Of a stretch of DNA of 54,880 nt, positions 36,885 to 50,257 are shown piece by piece. The DNA is taken from positions 4,087,028 through 4,141,907 of the forward strand of contig BFEA01000041.1 in assembly GCA_003427395.1 (NCBI GenBank), in the 5' to 3' direction. Source of the DNA: Chara braunii (Eukaryota; Plantae; Charophyceae). Positions within the stretch are counted from its first letter, which is position 1; every line of letters starts with the position of its first letter. Both the position numbers and the translations under genes were made by a program. The notes under the pieces were generated by a model, which was not told where the DNA came from, ran no database searches, and saw nothing but the letters and a program-made list of their open reading frames with translations.

Positions 36885-37290
36885 ACGACAGGTGAAGAAG
36901 CGCATGACTGATCTGTTGTCAGGGCATACTCAGACTAAGACTTCTTCTACAAACCTCTGGACGTGATTGCAGGCAAATTCATCCCGCTCTGGGCGTAATT
37001 GCAGTCAGATGCATTTCGGAAACTGCTAGTGTGCGTATATACCCTTATCGCATATTACTACTACTATTATGCGGGCGAGCTCCAACCACCAATAGAGTCG
37101 TAATTGCAGTCAGATGCATTTCGGAAACTGCTATTGTGCTAGAGGACGACAGGTGAAGAAGCGCATGACTGATCTGTTGTCAGGGCATACTCACACTAAG
37201 ACTTTATCTACAAACCTCTGGGCGTGATTGCAGTCAGATTCATCCAGGTCTGGCCGTAATTGCAGTCAGATGCATTTCGCAAAGTGCTAC
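36885..37290. repeat. Tandem duplication (period about 260 bp) upstream of the PORR gene
   Basis: acgacaggtgaagaagcgcatgactgatctgttgtcagggcatactca... at 36885 and 37146; gtaattgcagtcagatgcatttcg occurs three times. Confidence 0.85.
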
Positions 37291-38096
37291 CGATAGTGTG
37301 TATACCCTCCCTCATTCGAGACCATGCCTCTGCCTATGGTATATATTTATTCGTATTAATTTAATAATAACAACAATAAAACTAAGCTAATGACACTATT
37401 CCCACCACGATTACGACAACTACTACATATGCTCATCACGTGGCTGCTTCATTGGTAAACGAAGCATCTGTAGCGAGATTCGCGACCTAGGCCGTAAGCG
37501 TCACGCATAAACACATATCGACAGAAATTACTGCGCATTCATGAACACACATTAATGATTTTATTACTAATTCATATTATTATCATTATTATTATTATTA
37601 TTATTATTATTGTTACTACTACTATTATTATTAAGCATGACCCGGACAACAAGAACAATATGAAGTGGAAACAGCGATGCAATCGGCAGTCCACGGTGGA
37701 GAGCAACCAAATAACCGTCGGGGAGACACCTTGAAATGTGTGTTGCCAACTTAGTCTCCCCCACCTTGGCTCTGCAAAGCCACCTCCAGACTGTAGATCG
37801 GCAGTACAAATAAGCCTCGAGTTGGGAACGAAATAACCCTCCAGGAGAGAGAGACCTTGAAAACAGCGATGCAATCGGCAGTCCACGGTACATGTGAATA
37901 GCAGAGGGAGGGGAGACCTTGGCCCTGCAAAGCCACCTCTAGACTATAGATCAGACCACAACAAACTCCCACACAAATAGGACAACTAATGACCTCATCA
38001 TCATAATCATCAAGAAGAACGAACCCACCTGCCACCCGCTGCGGCTGCCCGCGTCCACGGCCGCGCTCGGAACCGCCCACTGCCGCGCCCCCTGCA

Positions 38097-38172
<76 letters not shown>

Positions 38173-38300
38173 CCAGAACCAACCACACCACGAAGACGAG
38201 ATGATGACGACGGCCAATGTAAGGACGTTGAAAGCCACGACGATGTAAACGAGGACGACGACGGAGACTTCAACTTCCACGACAGCATGTGTGGCGACTC

Positions 38301-38337
<37 letters not shown>

Positions 38338-39134
38338 GTTAACGTTACCGACTGCCACGTGGAGCGCGCTCGTAGCTTCTTTTGTGGCAGATTGCGCCGT
38401 ATAATTCTCCGTCTTCGTTGTGGTTTTTCTTTTTTTCCCGTCTTCGTTTTTTTTTTTTTTCGTACTGTCGTTTCTGGAGAAGGTCCACGTAAGTCCGGGC
38501 AGCAGCGCCGCGCCGTCTCGAACTCGGCCTGCCGGCCGGGTAATTCATAATTTTCGGCCGACCGCCCCGGCCTTACCATCACTCTACCGGCTACCGGCCC
38601 TCTCCCTGGGCTAGGTCCCACTTGGACGAATTATGAGATAGAGACCGTAGATAGTCGAGAGAGATCGACGGCCGAAATCTCGTAATCCGTGCAAATGGGA
38701 CCTTGCCCCCGAACGAGGCAGGTGGGGGGGCCTGGGACTCCCCACGGCGCAAAAGATTTGGGGGACCGAAACTCAACCGCGCGATAACCAGCCTAAGCGT
38801 CGGCTGCTGGGTCAGCCTCGCAGGTCAGAGATCAGAAACCAACACTACCTCTGAGCCTGTTTTCGCCGAGCCTCGAACTACCTGCGCGCCGAGCTGAGCC
38901 AGTTGCACCAGTACTTGGCCCAGCTATCAAGTCCGAGCCTCGGCCGACCGGTATGCCGAGCCTTGCTGAGGCTCGAACTACTGGGCGCTAACCTCCCGAA
39001 ATTCCTTCGAGAAGAACAGGGAAAAAAGAACAGAAAAAAAAAAAAAAAGGGGCAGAAAAACGGGACTTACTCTAGAAAACATGGAAAAAAGAAAAAACAA
39101 AAGAGAGAGAGGGAAAAGAGAGAGAGGGGCCTGG

Positions 39135-39211
<77 letters not shown>

Positions 39212-40695
39212 GCGCGNNNNNNNNNNNNNNNNNNNNNNNNNNNNNNNNNNNNNNNNNNNNNNNNNNNNNNNNNNNNNNNNNNNNNNNNNNNNNNNNNNNN
39301 NNNNNNNNNNNNNNNNNNNNNNNNNNNNNNNNNNNNNNNNNNNNNNNNNNNNNNNNNNNNNNNNNNNNNNNNNNNNNNNNNNNNNNNNNNNNNNNNNNNN
39401 NNNNNNNNNNNNNNNNNNNNNNNNNNNNNNNNNNNNNNNNNNNNNNNNNNNNNNNNNNNNNNNNNNNNNNNNNNNNNNNNNNNNNNNNNNNNNNNNNNNN
39501 NNNNNNNNNNNNNNNNNNNNNNNNNNNNNNNNNNNNNNNNNNNNNNNNNNNNNNNNNNNNNNNNNNNNNNNNNNNNNNNNNNNNNNNNNNNNNNNNNNNN
39601 NNNNNNNNNNNNNNNNNNNNNNNNNNNNNNNNNNNNNNNNNNNNNNNNNNNNNNNNNNNNNNNNNNNNNNNNNNNNNNNNNNNNNNNNNNNNNNNNNNNN
39701 NNNNNNNNNNNNNNNNNNNNNNNNNNNNNNNNNNNNNNNNNNNNNNNNNNNNNNNNNNNNNNNNNNNNNNNNNNNNNNNNNNNNNNNNNNNNNNNNNNNN
39801 NNNNNNNNNNNNNNNNNNNNNNNNNNNNNNNNNNNNNNNNNNNNNNNNNNNNNNNNNNNNNNNNNNNNNNNNNNNNNNNNNNNNNNNNNNNNNNNNNNNN
39901 NNNNNNNNNNNNNNNNNNNNNNNNNNNNNNNGAGGGGATTCTACAGACTGTTGAGGGTTCAGCCTCCTGATGAGTCGGTGAAACTCCGACGAAACAGTTT
40001 GTCACAGCCCCTCCTTTGTTGTCCTCTTCTCTCTCTCTGCCTACGGTTTACCGGGCAGTTCTATTTGACGATATATATAAATATATATATATATATATCC
40101 CCCTCCCTCCCCCCCTCCCTCCCTCCCGCGTGACTTCATTTTTTACCCTTCGTTTTCTTTGTTTTTTAATTTTTGTGTATTTGATTTTTTTTTTAATTTC
40201 TTTGTTGTTTTGTTTTGTGGTGTCGTACCGAAAGAACCGGGGTCCGGCCTTCAAGCAGCGACTGGGCCTTCCCTTGGCCGACCCCCGAAGGTGTCGGCGC
40301 GTTAACGAGGAAGGCCTGCGGCCGATAGTTGAGCAAAGTACTGGTGGTTTAACAGTCATATCAGAGAGGGGGCAAAAGCGGTTTGCCTAACCTGGCTGAG
40401 GCGAGTTTTTTGGCAATAAGGTCTTTTCTGACCCTCTGCCTGTGGATATAGGACGTCCATACTACGGTTCACAAAAGAGTAGTACAGAACTGTGTTTTTT
40501 TTTTCTTGTTTTTTTCTAAAAAATGATCAATTTTTATTGCTATGAAATGAAAGTCGGGAGCCGAGCCCGATGTCTCTTACAAGAGTCGCCACTGCTATGG
40601 GTTGAGCGAGGCTCTCCGGCTAGGCAAAGCTCATGCCATGATTGTTTCAGCGACTAGTTTTGTGTTGTTTTTCTATGGTTGTTGTTGTTGTTGTT

Positions 40696-40696
<1 letters not shown>

Positions 40697-40742
<46 letters not shown>

Positions 40743-43700
40743 ACCCGGCAGCATTAGCCTGTTTCTCTTCTGTATCTTTGTTTCCATGCTTTGACACTTG
40801 CCAAACCCCGCTAGCTCCTAACCTAATTGCAGCAGATCTACTATATTCAACTCCTCCCCAATTCTATCTTATTCTACTTAACTTTTCCTAATCTACTCCT
40901 ATCTGCTAATTCACAAACCTATCAACGGGTCTGACCTTGGCCCATTCCGACCGAGAGGAACTGTTCCTTTTTGGGTAGCCTAACACTCTCTCACCCCCTA
41001 ACCCTTCGCGGTCTACTGTGGTCGTAGACTGGAACCAAGTACGCCCAGTTCGCAGATCTATCCTGCCCCTGTTGGTTACTTACCCTATTGACCTTCTACC
41101 CCCTTCTACCTTCTACCCCCCCTGCCACTGAGATATCCTTAGCTTATTACTTTCAATCGTTGTCAACCCACGAAGTAGTCCCCAAGTCTTTGCAAACCAG
41201 CTCCTCCCTAAACGAACCGATCCTTAAGTACTTTCCTTCTCCAATCTGCTTTGATTTCCATTCTCAATAGATTCTTAATAGCCTGTCCGCTTGAATTTAT
41301 TTCATCCCTTGACCCTAAAATCTCCTTTCATTTCTATCCAACCAGATTACCCACATCATGACCGTTCTGCATACTTGTGCAATGTATCCCACCCCTTATG
41401 CGTTGAGTATCCCTCTGGGAGAGTGCCCTGTCGTATCTTGCATGCCAAGATAAAACCTGGCATGTTATTCTAGTGCCGAAACCACTAGGTCCACCATTTT
41501 GCGAACAGGGGCAGGCGCACTAGAGGCGAGTCATCGTTTTAGATGGCCAATTGCATCGGTTACATTCCAATCTGACCTGCATTCCTCTGGTACTCAACCA
41601 TTTTGTTGTCGGAATGAAGAGGTGGCATTGTAAGCACAGTAGGGAGGCTATGTTCTAAAGAGGAATGGTTGTCAGTTGTCACCAAAACCGCCTCAGATCG
41701 ATCTTTGATGGGGGTAGAAGACAAGGTTGGGTTTTTTCCAGCGTTCCATCAATTTTACTTCCAGTTTTTCTTTATAAACCACCGGCTCGCCTCCCCCCCA
41801 TTGCCTCACCTCCCTTACTCGAATTTCCTCTAAGCCTTTTAGGCCCCACCTAGTAGTAGACTAGTATAAAGCTAAGATCTTGTTTCACAGCTCCTAACAA
41901 AACTATCCACTTCACATTTCTCACTTCCATTTGGGATCTACTGTTTCAAACACAAAAAAATTGGTGGTTCTTTTTCTTTTCCTAACTTGAACCTCGTCCT
42001 TGCAGGGTTCAAATTTTATGGTCCTAACAACAATTTTCAGGAGTTGGGGATTGCTTCTATTAGCATTGCCCTGCTTTTCTCTTGCCTCAGCTTCTCCTTT
42101 AGTTGACTGGGTGGACGCGACTGGCTGATACCAGCATCCTAAAGATCCCTAATTAGGGAGATTCGTCTTTAGACCCATTTCTGTCCAACATTCTTTGGGG
42201 TTATTACTACGGAAAAATAGTTTTCATTGGTGCTTTTGATGTGGTAGTTCTCAAAGATAGGTTGCTGCATCACCTCAACTTTCGTTTTGGTTTCAACCTG
42301 AGCTGTGGTTTCGAAGATAGGTTGCTGCATCACCTCAACTTTCGTTTTTTGTTTCAACCTAAGCTCTGGTTTTACCTTCCTCCAAGAGGACAAAACCATC
42401 TTTTAAATTTTATATTTGATTCTCTTGTTCACAAATGAGTCAATCATCATCGTTACCCATATGTCTGAGGGTCGGGAGAGTCCACATTCCTCTTGGATGA
42501 TAGATTCTGCCAGCAGGCACCAATCCGGTGACTCCTCTGCTTCCGTCATCTTCAGTAACCAACTTGATACCAAAACTAAGTTATGAGACTCTAAGTCCAA
42601 AACGGTAAAACACGCCTCCTCTTTTGGCTTTCACCGAGTTTTTTATGTTATCTTAGCAATATAGCCCTGATTTTTTTTCGTGTAGGGATGAACCTCTTGG
42701 ACGACGACTTGATGTTCTTCAAAGTTGAGTCTGAGAGTTTGCGGAACCGGATAACAACCCATAACAAGGAAAAGGCATGCACCGTTCCCACCAACGATAG
42801 ATGAGGGGCATTCCCCCAACTTCATATTTTTGTTATAACTTTTTTTTTTATGATAGATTCTGCATCGAGAAGCAGTCTTCTAGTGACACCAAGATGCCTG
42901 AAAAATGTTATGTTGCGTTCACTGGAACCCTTTTGAACCCGCATTGCACTTGAAAATCGAAATCCTAAGGAAGAAAGACGGTTGATTTATTCCAATTAAT
43001 TGCGACTTCGCATAACTCTACGTACATTTGGATGGGGGTTATTCCAATTAATTTCTACAGTGAGCCAAACTCGTTTACTGAGAACACTAATAGCCTAGTA
43101 ATAGGTCATTCATCAGGGCTTTGACCCTGCAATCGTTTTTCTGGAACCCTCTTCAACCCCCATTGCAGTTGGAAATCGAAATCCTAAGGAGGAAAGACGG
43201 TTGATTCAAGTTTATTTCAATTAATTGCAACTTCGCACAACTCTACGTACATTTGGAGGGGGTTTATTCCAATTAATTCCTACAGTGAGCCAAACTCGTT
43301 TACTGAGAACACTAATAGGTCATTCATCAGGGCTTTGACCCTGCAATCATTTTCCTTCGTCAATTTCAAGCCTTGGATTCGCTTAACAACATTTTTAGTT
43401 GGAGAACGAACAGAAGGGGGTTTAGAGGTCAGCCTTGTCTTATCGACCTACTCGTGTTGAACTCTTAGGAGTTAATCCCATTGACTTTAACAACCGCTAA
43501 AGAAAACATATACGAAATTTTGACCCAACTGGAAAAGGGGCCTCCAAAACCTGTGACCCTCAATCTTGTTGCCACGAATATCTTGTTTACCATATCATAA
43601 AACTTTTCAAGGTTTATCATAAGGGTTGTGACATCTTGGGACATATTCACTGAGCCTTCTGGCTGATGATTTCGCTAAGATCTTATATACTATATTTAAT

Positions 43701-44950
43701 AGCGAAATCGACATTCATTTATTGACGTCTATACCATCATTTTTTTTATTACATCAAATATTCCCCAATTGCTATCCTCACAAAATGTTATTATACAGTA
43801 ATACCAGATCACGCTCAAATGTTCCCCAACATATAGAAAAAAAATTTCCCCGGTCCTTTACCTTTAGTCATCTCTCTTAGAGTCTCTTTGAGTTCTTCAA
43901 GTGTGATAGGTATGTCCATCTCCACTCTTTCTCTTCCGAGATCTGTACTTTTAATGCCTCTTAGAGAGTTGATTCGTTCGTAAAATTTGTTTCTCACTCT
44001 CAAAAGTAATTTTCATATCCATAGTATTTCCGAAATAGTTGGCCGCATATTCGTACGTTTCTTCGTCGCATTATATTGTGGTCAGGCCTATAAGGTGCGG
44101 ATGTTGCAGTTCTTACATTGTCATTTGTCTTATTATGGGGGACAGCTTTCATAATTTTTTTTTAAAGTTCGTCATCCTGTTGTTGGTAGCAATTCCCTTT
44201 TCCGTCAATGTTTGGTCATTTTTTAACTTATTTTTACGCTTGTAACTATTCTCATTTATGCAGTCTGTGAAACCTCTCATCCGCCCGTAACAATTATGAG
44301 ATTGGGTGGTGCCTAAATTCGTTTTACCTCTTCGATCTTAGCTAAATGCACATGTTCCTTCTTAGTCTTGAGCTAGTGGATTTTTTTGTCGATCTTTGGG
44401 GACAGTAACCATGGTTGAAGATTGGATAGAAGGCAAAAAATGGGTGATTGGCTTGGTATATGCCCCCACAGATAAGAAAAAATGAATATTTTTTTTCAAG
44501 GACCTTCCCTTATTTATTCCTCATGGAGAAAACGTTTTGATTGTTGGTGACTGGAATACCTCTCTCGACAGACAAGAGAGCATCAAAAGTAGTAGTGATG
44601 TGAGAGCCCTAAGAAAGATGATGACAAAGCTTGATCTTGTAGAATCGTATCGATTGATGCACTCAAGTGATTCAAGTTTTACACGGATCTCCAATAACTG
44701 CGAAGGTACATGAATCACTAGTAGAAGACTCGACTTTTCTTAGTTTCCCAAAGTGTTTGGAAAACTATTGTAAAGGTCGTGGAATCATTTTAACCTCTAT
44801 CGGATCACAAATCGTTAATTGCTTCCTTCGAATCCAGCAAACATGAGAGAGACCCTGGGTATTTTCGAATGAACACTCATATATTAGAATACCCGAGAAT
44901 CCATGACTAGGTGCGTAAATTATCGAAAAACTAAAGAAAAAAAAAGACAT
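40697..44950 (-). mobile_element. Degenerate L1-like LINE ORF2 with poly(A) tail and an inverted 5' endonuclease segment
   Basis: Minus strand: PITLEELKETLREMTKGKGPG (about 43900), SISLLNIVYKILAK (about 43700), INLEKFYDMV...GFGGPFSSWV...VKVNG (43465-43620), and the post-RT block LDLESHNLVLVSSWLLK...WCLLAESIIQEE..L.RP.DIW (42450-42600). Poly(T) at 40697-40738 is the poly(A) tail. Plus strand 44430-44930: APE motifs VYAP, IVGDWN, DLVESYR..H, SRRLD, LSDHK, PGYFRMN. Confidence 0.85.
42920..43350. repeat. About 220-bp tandem duplication inserted inside the LINE
   Basis: ctggaaccct...tcatcagggctttgaccctgcaatc is present twice. Confidence 0.85.
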
Positions 44951-45247
44951 TCATCCTTCGACTCTAAAGCGAAATGGTTTAGGGTAAACTGAACACGGAC
45001 CGACCAATCACTGCAAACGAAGCCTTTGTGGCACTGTGCTCTATAACCCACTCACGGTTAACGGGTCCTTAACTCTTCAGAACTGAAAAAATTGAAGTGT
45101 GTTTCAGATATAATTTTTTTTATTTTTTTTTTTCAGTTGATTTTCATGGCTGAATGTGGGTTTTCCATATGTGAAGGCCTTATGAAACCGGGATTTTTAT
45201 TTTCTTTGTAAGTGAGTAAAATCTGAATGTGAGTTTTCCACAGGTGA

Positions 45248-45690
45248 CCAGGTGAACTGCCTGAACATCCGCACGTGGGCTGGACCCCTCATTTCAGAGG
45301 CTTCTGACACGAACATCATGTTTGGACCCTGGTTTCAGATCTGGTGAACAGCCTGAACATCTGCACGAACATCATGTTTGGACTCTGGTTTCAGATCTGG
45401 TGAACTGCCTGAACATCTGCATGTGGGCTGGACCCTGGTTTCAGTTGGTTCAGGCACTTCAGCATGATTCAGAATCTTAATCATGCTCGGAGGTGGGATA
45501 GCCACATCTGAAACTGGTTTCAGATGGTTCAGCCACTTCAGTTCCTTCAGAAGCTTCAGATGTCTCGAGTTTCATATGTTCAAGGTCTGAAAATGAATCC
45601 GGTGAACTGCCTGAACATCTGCACGTGGGCTGGACCCTAGTTTCAGACGGTTCAGACACTTCAACATGATTCAGAATCTGAATCATGTTT
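45248..45690. repeat. Minisatellite (ggtgaactgcctgaacatctgcacgtgggctggaccctggtttcag variants)
   Basis: Direct observation of 4 or more variant copies. Confidence 0.85.
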
Positions 45691-45845
45691 GAAACGCCTT
45701 CTACCGCTGTCCTTCTGTTGTTGAAGGTGTTCCTGTTTGAAATAATAAATTGGGTAAATTGTTCAAACATATGCACATGGGTCCAACCGGGTTTCATACA
45801 GTTCAAGCAATTCAGGGTATTTCATAATATGATAGTTGTTTTGGG

Positions 45846-45909
45846 AAATTTTCAGAGAGAGAGAGACAGCGAGATAGACAGATAGATACATAGATACATA
45901 CATGCATAG

Positions 45910-45969
<60 letters not shown>

Positions 45970-45991
45970 TATATACATACACAGAGAGAGA

Positions 45992-46045
<54 letters not shown>

Positions 46046-46511
46046 CTCAAGCCTTCACAGTGTTCATGTCAAGAAGGGCGGAAAACATTTGGAATTGTAC
46101 CAAGTTACATCTTAAAAAATTGGGGGAGTCATGGTGAAGAGAGTCTTCAATAATCGGAACAAGCCGTCAGGATTGATAAAAACTGCTCGTATGGATAGCA
46201 TGGCCAATCATGGACAAACTCATCTTAAGTCATCAGTACAAGCCCGCTTCTTGGAGAAATTTTCAGAGAGAGAGAGAGAGAGAGAGAATTCACAATGTTC
46301 ATGTCCCGAAGGACGAAAAACACTTGGAATTATACCGAGTTACATCCTCAAGAAAATGGGGGAGTCATGGTGCGGAGAGTCTCCAATAAACAAAAAATAA
46401 GCGATAAAACCAGTCATGATTGATGCAAACTGCTCGTATGAATAGCATGGCCAGTCATGGATGAACTCATCTCAAGTCATTAGTACAAGGCTGCTTGTCA
46501 GAGAAATTTTC

Positions 46512-46587
<76 letters not shown>

Positions 46588-46680
46588 CACGGTGTTCATG
46601 TTAAGAAGGCTGGAAAACACTTCAAGTTGTTAAGAGTTACATGCTAAAAAATTGGAGTTGTTATGGTGCAGATAGCTCCA
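45846..46680. repeat. Three-copy repeat of about 250-290 bp, each unit separated by a (GA)n tract
   Basis: aaattttca(GA)n...ttcacagtgttcatgt...gagttacat..aaaaa.tggg at about 46034, 46289 and 46586. Confidence 0.8.
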
Positions 46681-46763
46681 TAACAGCCATGTGGCACGAT
46701 CTCGTGACTTTAACACCCCTTCCACCCCGACGTTCCTCTAATACCCCTCCCTTCCCCCTCCTC

Positions 46764-46825
<62 letters not shown>

Positions 46826-46826
<1 letters not shown>

Positions 46827-47105
46827 CACCGAGCACTGAGCACCGAGTTCGTAGCACGAAGCACCAAGCACGTAGCACCAAGCACATGGTACGAAGTACC
46901 AAGCACGTAGCACCGACCACGTAGCATTGAGCACCGAATATGTACCACCGAGCACCGAGCATGAAGCACCAAGCACATATAATTCATGAAGCACCAAGCA
47001 CCGACCTCGAAGCACCAAGCACCAATCACCAAGCACGTATAATTCACGGAGCACCGAGCGCGTAGCACGAAGCACCAAGCATGTAGCATGTAAGCACCAA
47101 GCATT
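46826..47105. repeat. Heptamer satellite (GCACCRA/GCACGTA)
   Basis: Direct observation. Confidence 0.85.
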
Positions 47106-49304
47106 GACCCCAGTTTAAGTTGAGCATTGTCTGTCGGACAACAGATACCCTGATGTAGGCACCAACCACTGCCCTCAAGTGTACCTGTGATGAAAATCAA
47201 AGCAGACTATCAGTCACCCACATCAGAGTTGAGTGATACCCTGATGTAGGCACCAACCATTGCCCTCAAGTGTACCTGTGATGAAAATCAAAGCAAAGTA
47301 TCTCTTTTTCGCCCCTTGTTGGCTTCCTCAGTCCCTATGTAGTCCTTATGCATCCGTAGGACTTTGAGTACCTCCTCTCCACCTTTGGTTCTCCACGTGC
47401 CCCCTTCATTTCGGTTCGAGGCGGGGAGGCAGGAAGGGAGAAGAGAGGAAGGAAGGGAGGGAGGAAGGAAGGGGTAAAGAACGAAAGAAAAAAGGATTGA
47501 GAGAGATAAAACAGAAGAGGGAACACAGGAGAGAGGAAGAAAGCAAGAAAAAAGTATGATACATCAAGAGAAAGAAATAAAAAAATAAAAAAGAGGAAGA
47601 GGTAACTACAAAAGAGACAAAGAAACAAACTTTATGCAACTTACCAAATAGTTACGAGGAAAGCAGAAACTTTCGTCTTTTGAATGGTGCGCGGTCCTTG
47701 ATTTTCTGAAAATTGGAGTTGTTTTTTTTCTCGTGGTCTATTTGGCATATTACAAGGAGTAAGAAATTGAATCTGTCCTTGTTCATGTACCTGCAATGAT
47801 AAGTGGCGAGGAAAATAATTCATGAGTTAGTTAACTGATAAAATATAAACACGATCGCAAGCACTAACACAAAAATTCCCGCCTCTGCTCCACCACGCTC
47901 CTTTGCATCCTTGTCCCCGTCACTGTCTACCTGCCCAGAGGAGATCAAAAAAGAAAAAAAAAGAAAAAAAAAACGAATGAAAAAGAAAAGAAGACCACCA
48001 AACACCACCCCCACTGTTGCGCCACGCTCATATCCTGCAATCGTCATATTCCCCCCTACTTCGATCTCTTCCCCTTTCTCTCTTCCATGCCTCCGCTTGG
48101 ACACGCCTCTCCTCGACCACCTTCCCCTCTCCCTCCTTGTGACCACTCCCCCTCCTTGTGAGCCCTCTCCTTCCCCGTCACCATTCTCCTCCCCCTCATC
48201 GCCCTTCTCCCACCCCGACTTCCCTGCCACCACTCCATGCGCTCTTCTTTAGCTACCTTCCCCTCTGCTATGCCCCTCCTCGGCCCATTATCCTCCACAT
48301 CCTGCTCCATGTCATCGTCTTGCACCCCTCCGCCCCCACTCCTCCCTAAACACCACCCCTTCTCCTTTGTGACGCTACTCTTGGGCTACCTTCCCCTTCT
48401 CCTCCTCCTCCCTGTCGTGGACCTCATCCCACCTCCCCTCGCCCTCTCTGTCCTCGCCCTCCTCCTCCCTGTCATCGATGTCCTCCCCCCTCCCCTCTCC
48501 CTCCCTGTCATCGTGCGAATGAATCTACTACGAAAAAAACAAAAACAAAAAAACAAAAACAAAAAAACAACGCAGTGTATCTGTGCGCCCCCAAAGTTTT
48601 TGGCTTCGAAAAACAGAATCACACAGGGCCTCACTAGACAACTCATGACATGCACAACTAATAAAAATAGTCATCGTGTATACTCTCATTTTGCATAGGC
48701 CTTAGCGACGACACAGCCACGCCCTTCACGCCTCGTGGACTGAAGTTTTTCGATGCTGCGTTTCCACATTCCCGGACCGAAGCTTCCCGTTAGCCACGGC
48801 GAAACGCGCAATTCTGCCTGGCCGAATGGTTTCCGATGGACAGTGGAGCACGCGATTTTGCCTACCCGAATAGTTTCGACGGGGCAGTTTGAACTTGGCC
48901 CGCCTTCGGTACCCGCCTCCTTTCCCAACACTGGCATTTCAGCCTCGCATCAGATCATCACACGAGGACTGCTATTTGCTTACAGAAGGTAAGGGATATT
49001 TGTACCTCATGTGTGAATTGTACAACTTATACTCGCAGGAGAAAAGGATAACGTTTTTGTTACCGTACCTCATGTTGTGCTTGGATTTGGCAAACCATTT
49101 AAACCTTTGCTTGCAAATGGACATGTTCGCATCAATCAACTCTTTGTATTTTCTAGGATTCACATTGGCTTTGCACAAGTGTCCGACATGGTTGCTGAAA
49201 TGAAAGTGGTCGACTGTACATGGAAGAAGAGAAAAAATGACACAGATATCAATTGTCAGTACATTTTTCGCAACTTTATAAAGATGGATCAATATTGCCC
49301 TATA

Positions 49305-49349
<45 letters not shown>

Positions 49350-50177
49350 TGCGGAGAAGCACAGACATGCACACAGATGCACGCACGCAAGCACACACAC
49401 ACACATACACACACACACACGCACGCACACACACACANNNNNNNNNNNNNNNNNNNNNNNNNNNNNNNNNNNNNNNNNNNNNNNNNNNNNNNNNNNNNNN
49501 NNNNNNNNNNNNNNNNNNNNNNNNNNNNNNNNNNNNNNNNNNNNNNNNNNNNNNNNNNNNNNNNNNNNNNNNNNNNNNNNNNNNNNNNNNNNNNNNNNNN
49601 NNNNNNNNNNNNNNNNNNNNNNNNNNNNNNNNNNNNNNNNNNNNNNNNNNNNNNNNNNNNNNNNNNNNNNNNNNNNNNNNNNNNNNNNNNNNNNNNNNNN
49701 NNNNNNNNNNNNNNNNNNNNNNNNNNNNNNNNNNNNNNNNNNNNNNNNNNNNNNNNNNNNNNNNNNNNNNNNNNNNNNNNNNNNNNNNNNNNNNNNNNNN
49801 NNNNNNNNNNNNNNNNNNNNNNNNNNNNNNNNNNNNNNNNNNNNNNNNNNNNNNNNNNNNNNNNNNNNNNNNNNNNNNNNNNNNNNNNNNNNNNNNNNNN
49901 NNNNNNNNNNNNNNNNNNNNNNNNNNNNNNNNNNNNNNNNNNNNNNNNNNNNNNNNNNNNNNNNNNNNNNNNNNNNNNNNNNNNNNNNNNNNNNNNNNNN
50001 NNNNNNNNNNNNNNNNNNNNNNNNNNNNNNNNNNNNNNNNNNNNNNNNNNNNNNNNNNNNNNNNNNNNNNNNNNNNNNNNNNNNNNNNNNNNNNNNNNNN
50101 NNNNNNNNNNNNNNNNNNNNNNNNNNNNNNNNNNNNNNNNNNNNNNNNNNNNNNNNNNNNNNNNNNNNNNNNNNNNN

Positions 50178-50257
<80 letters not shown>

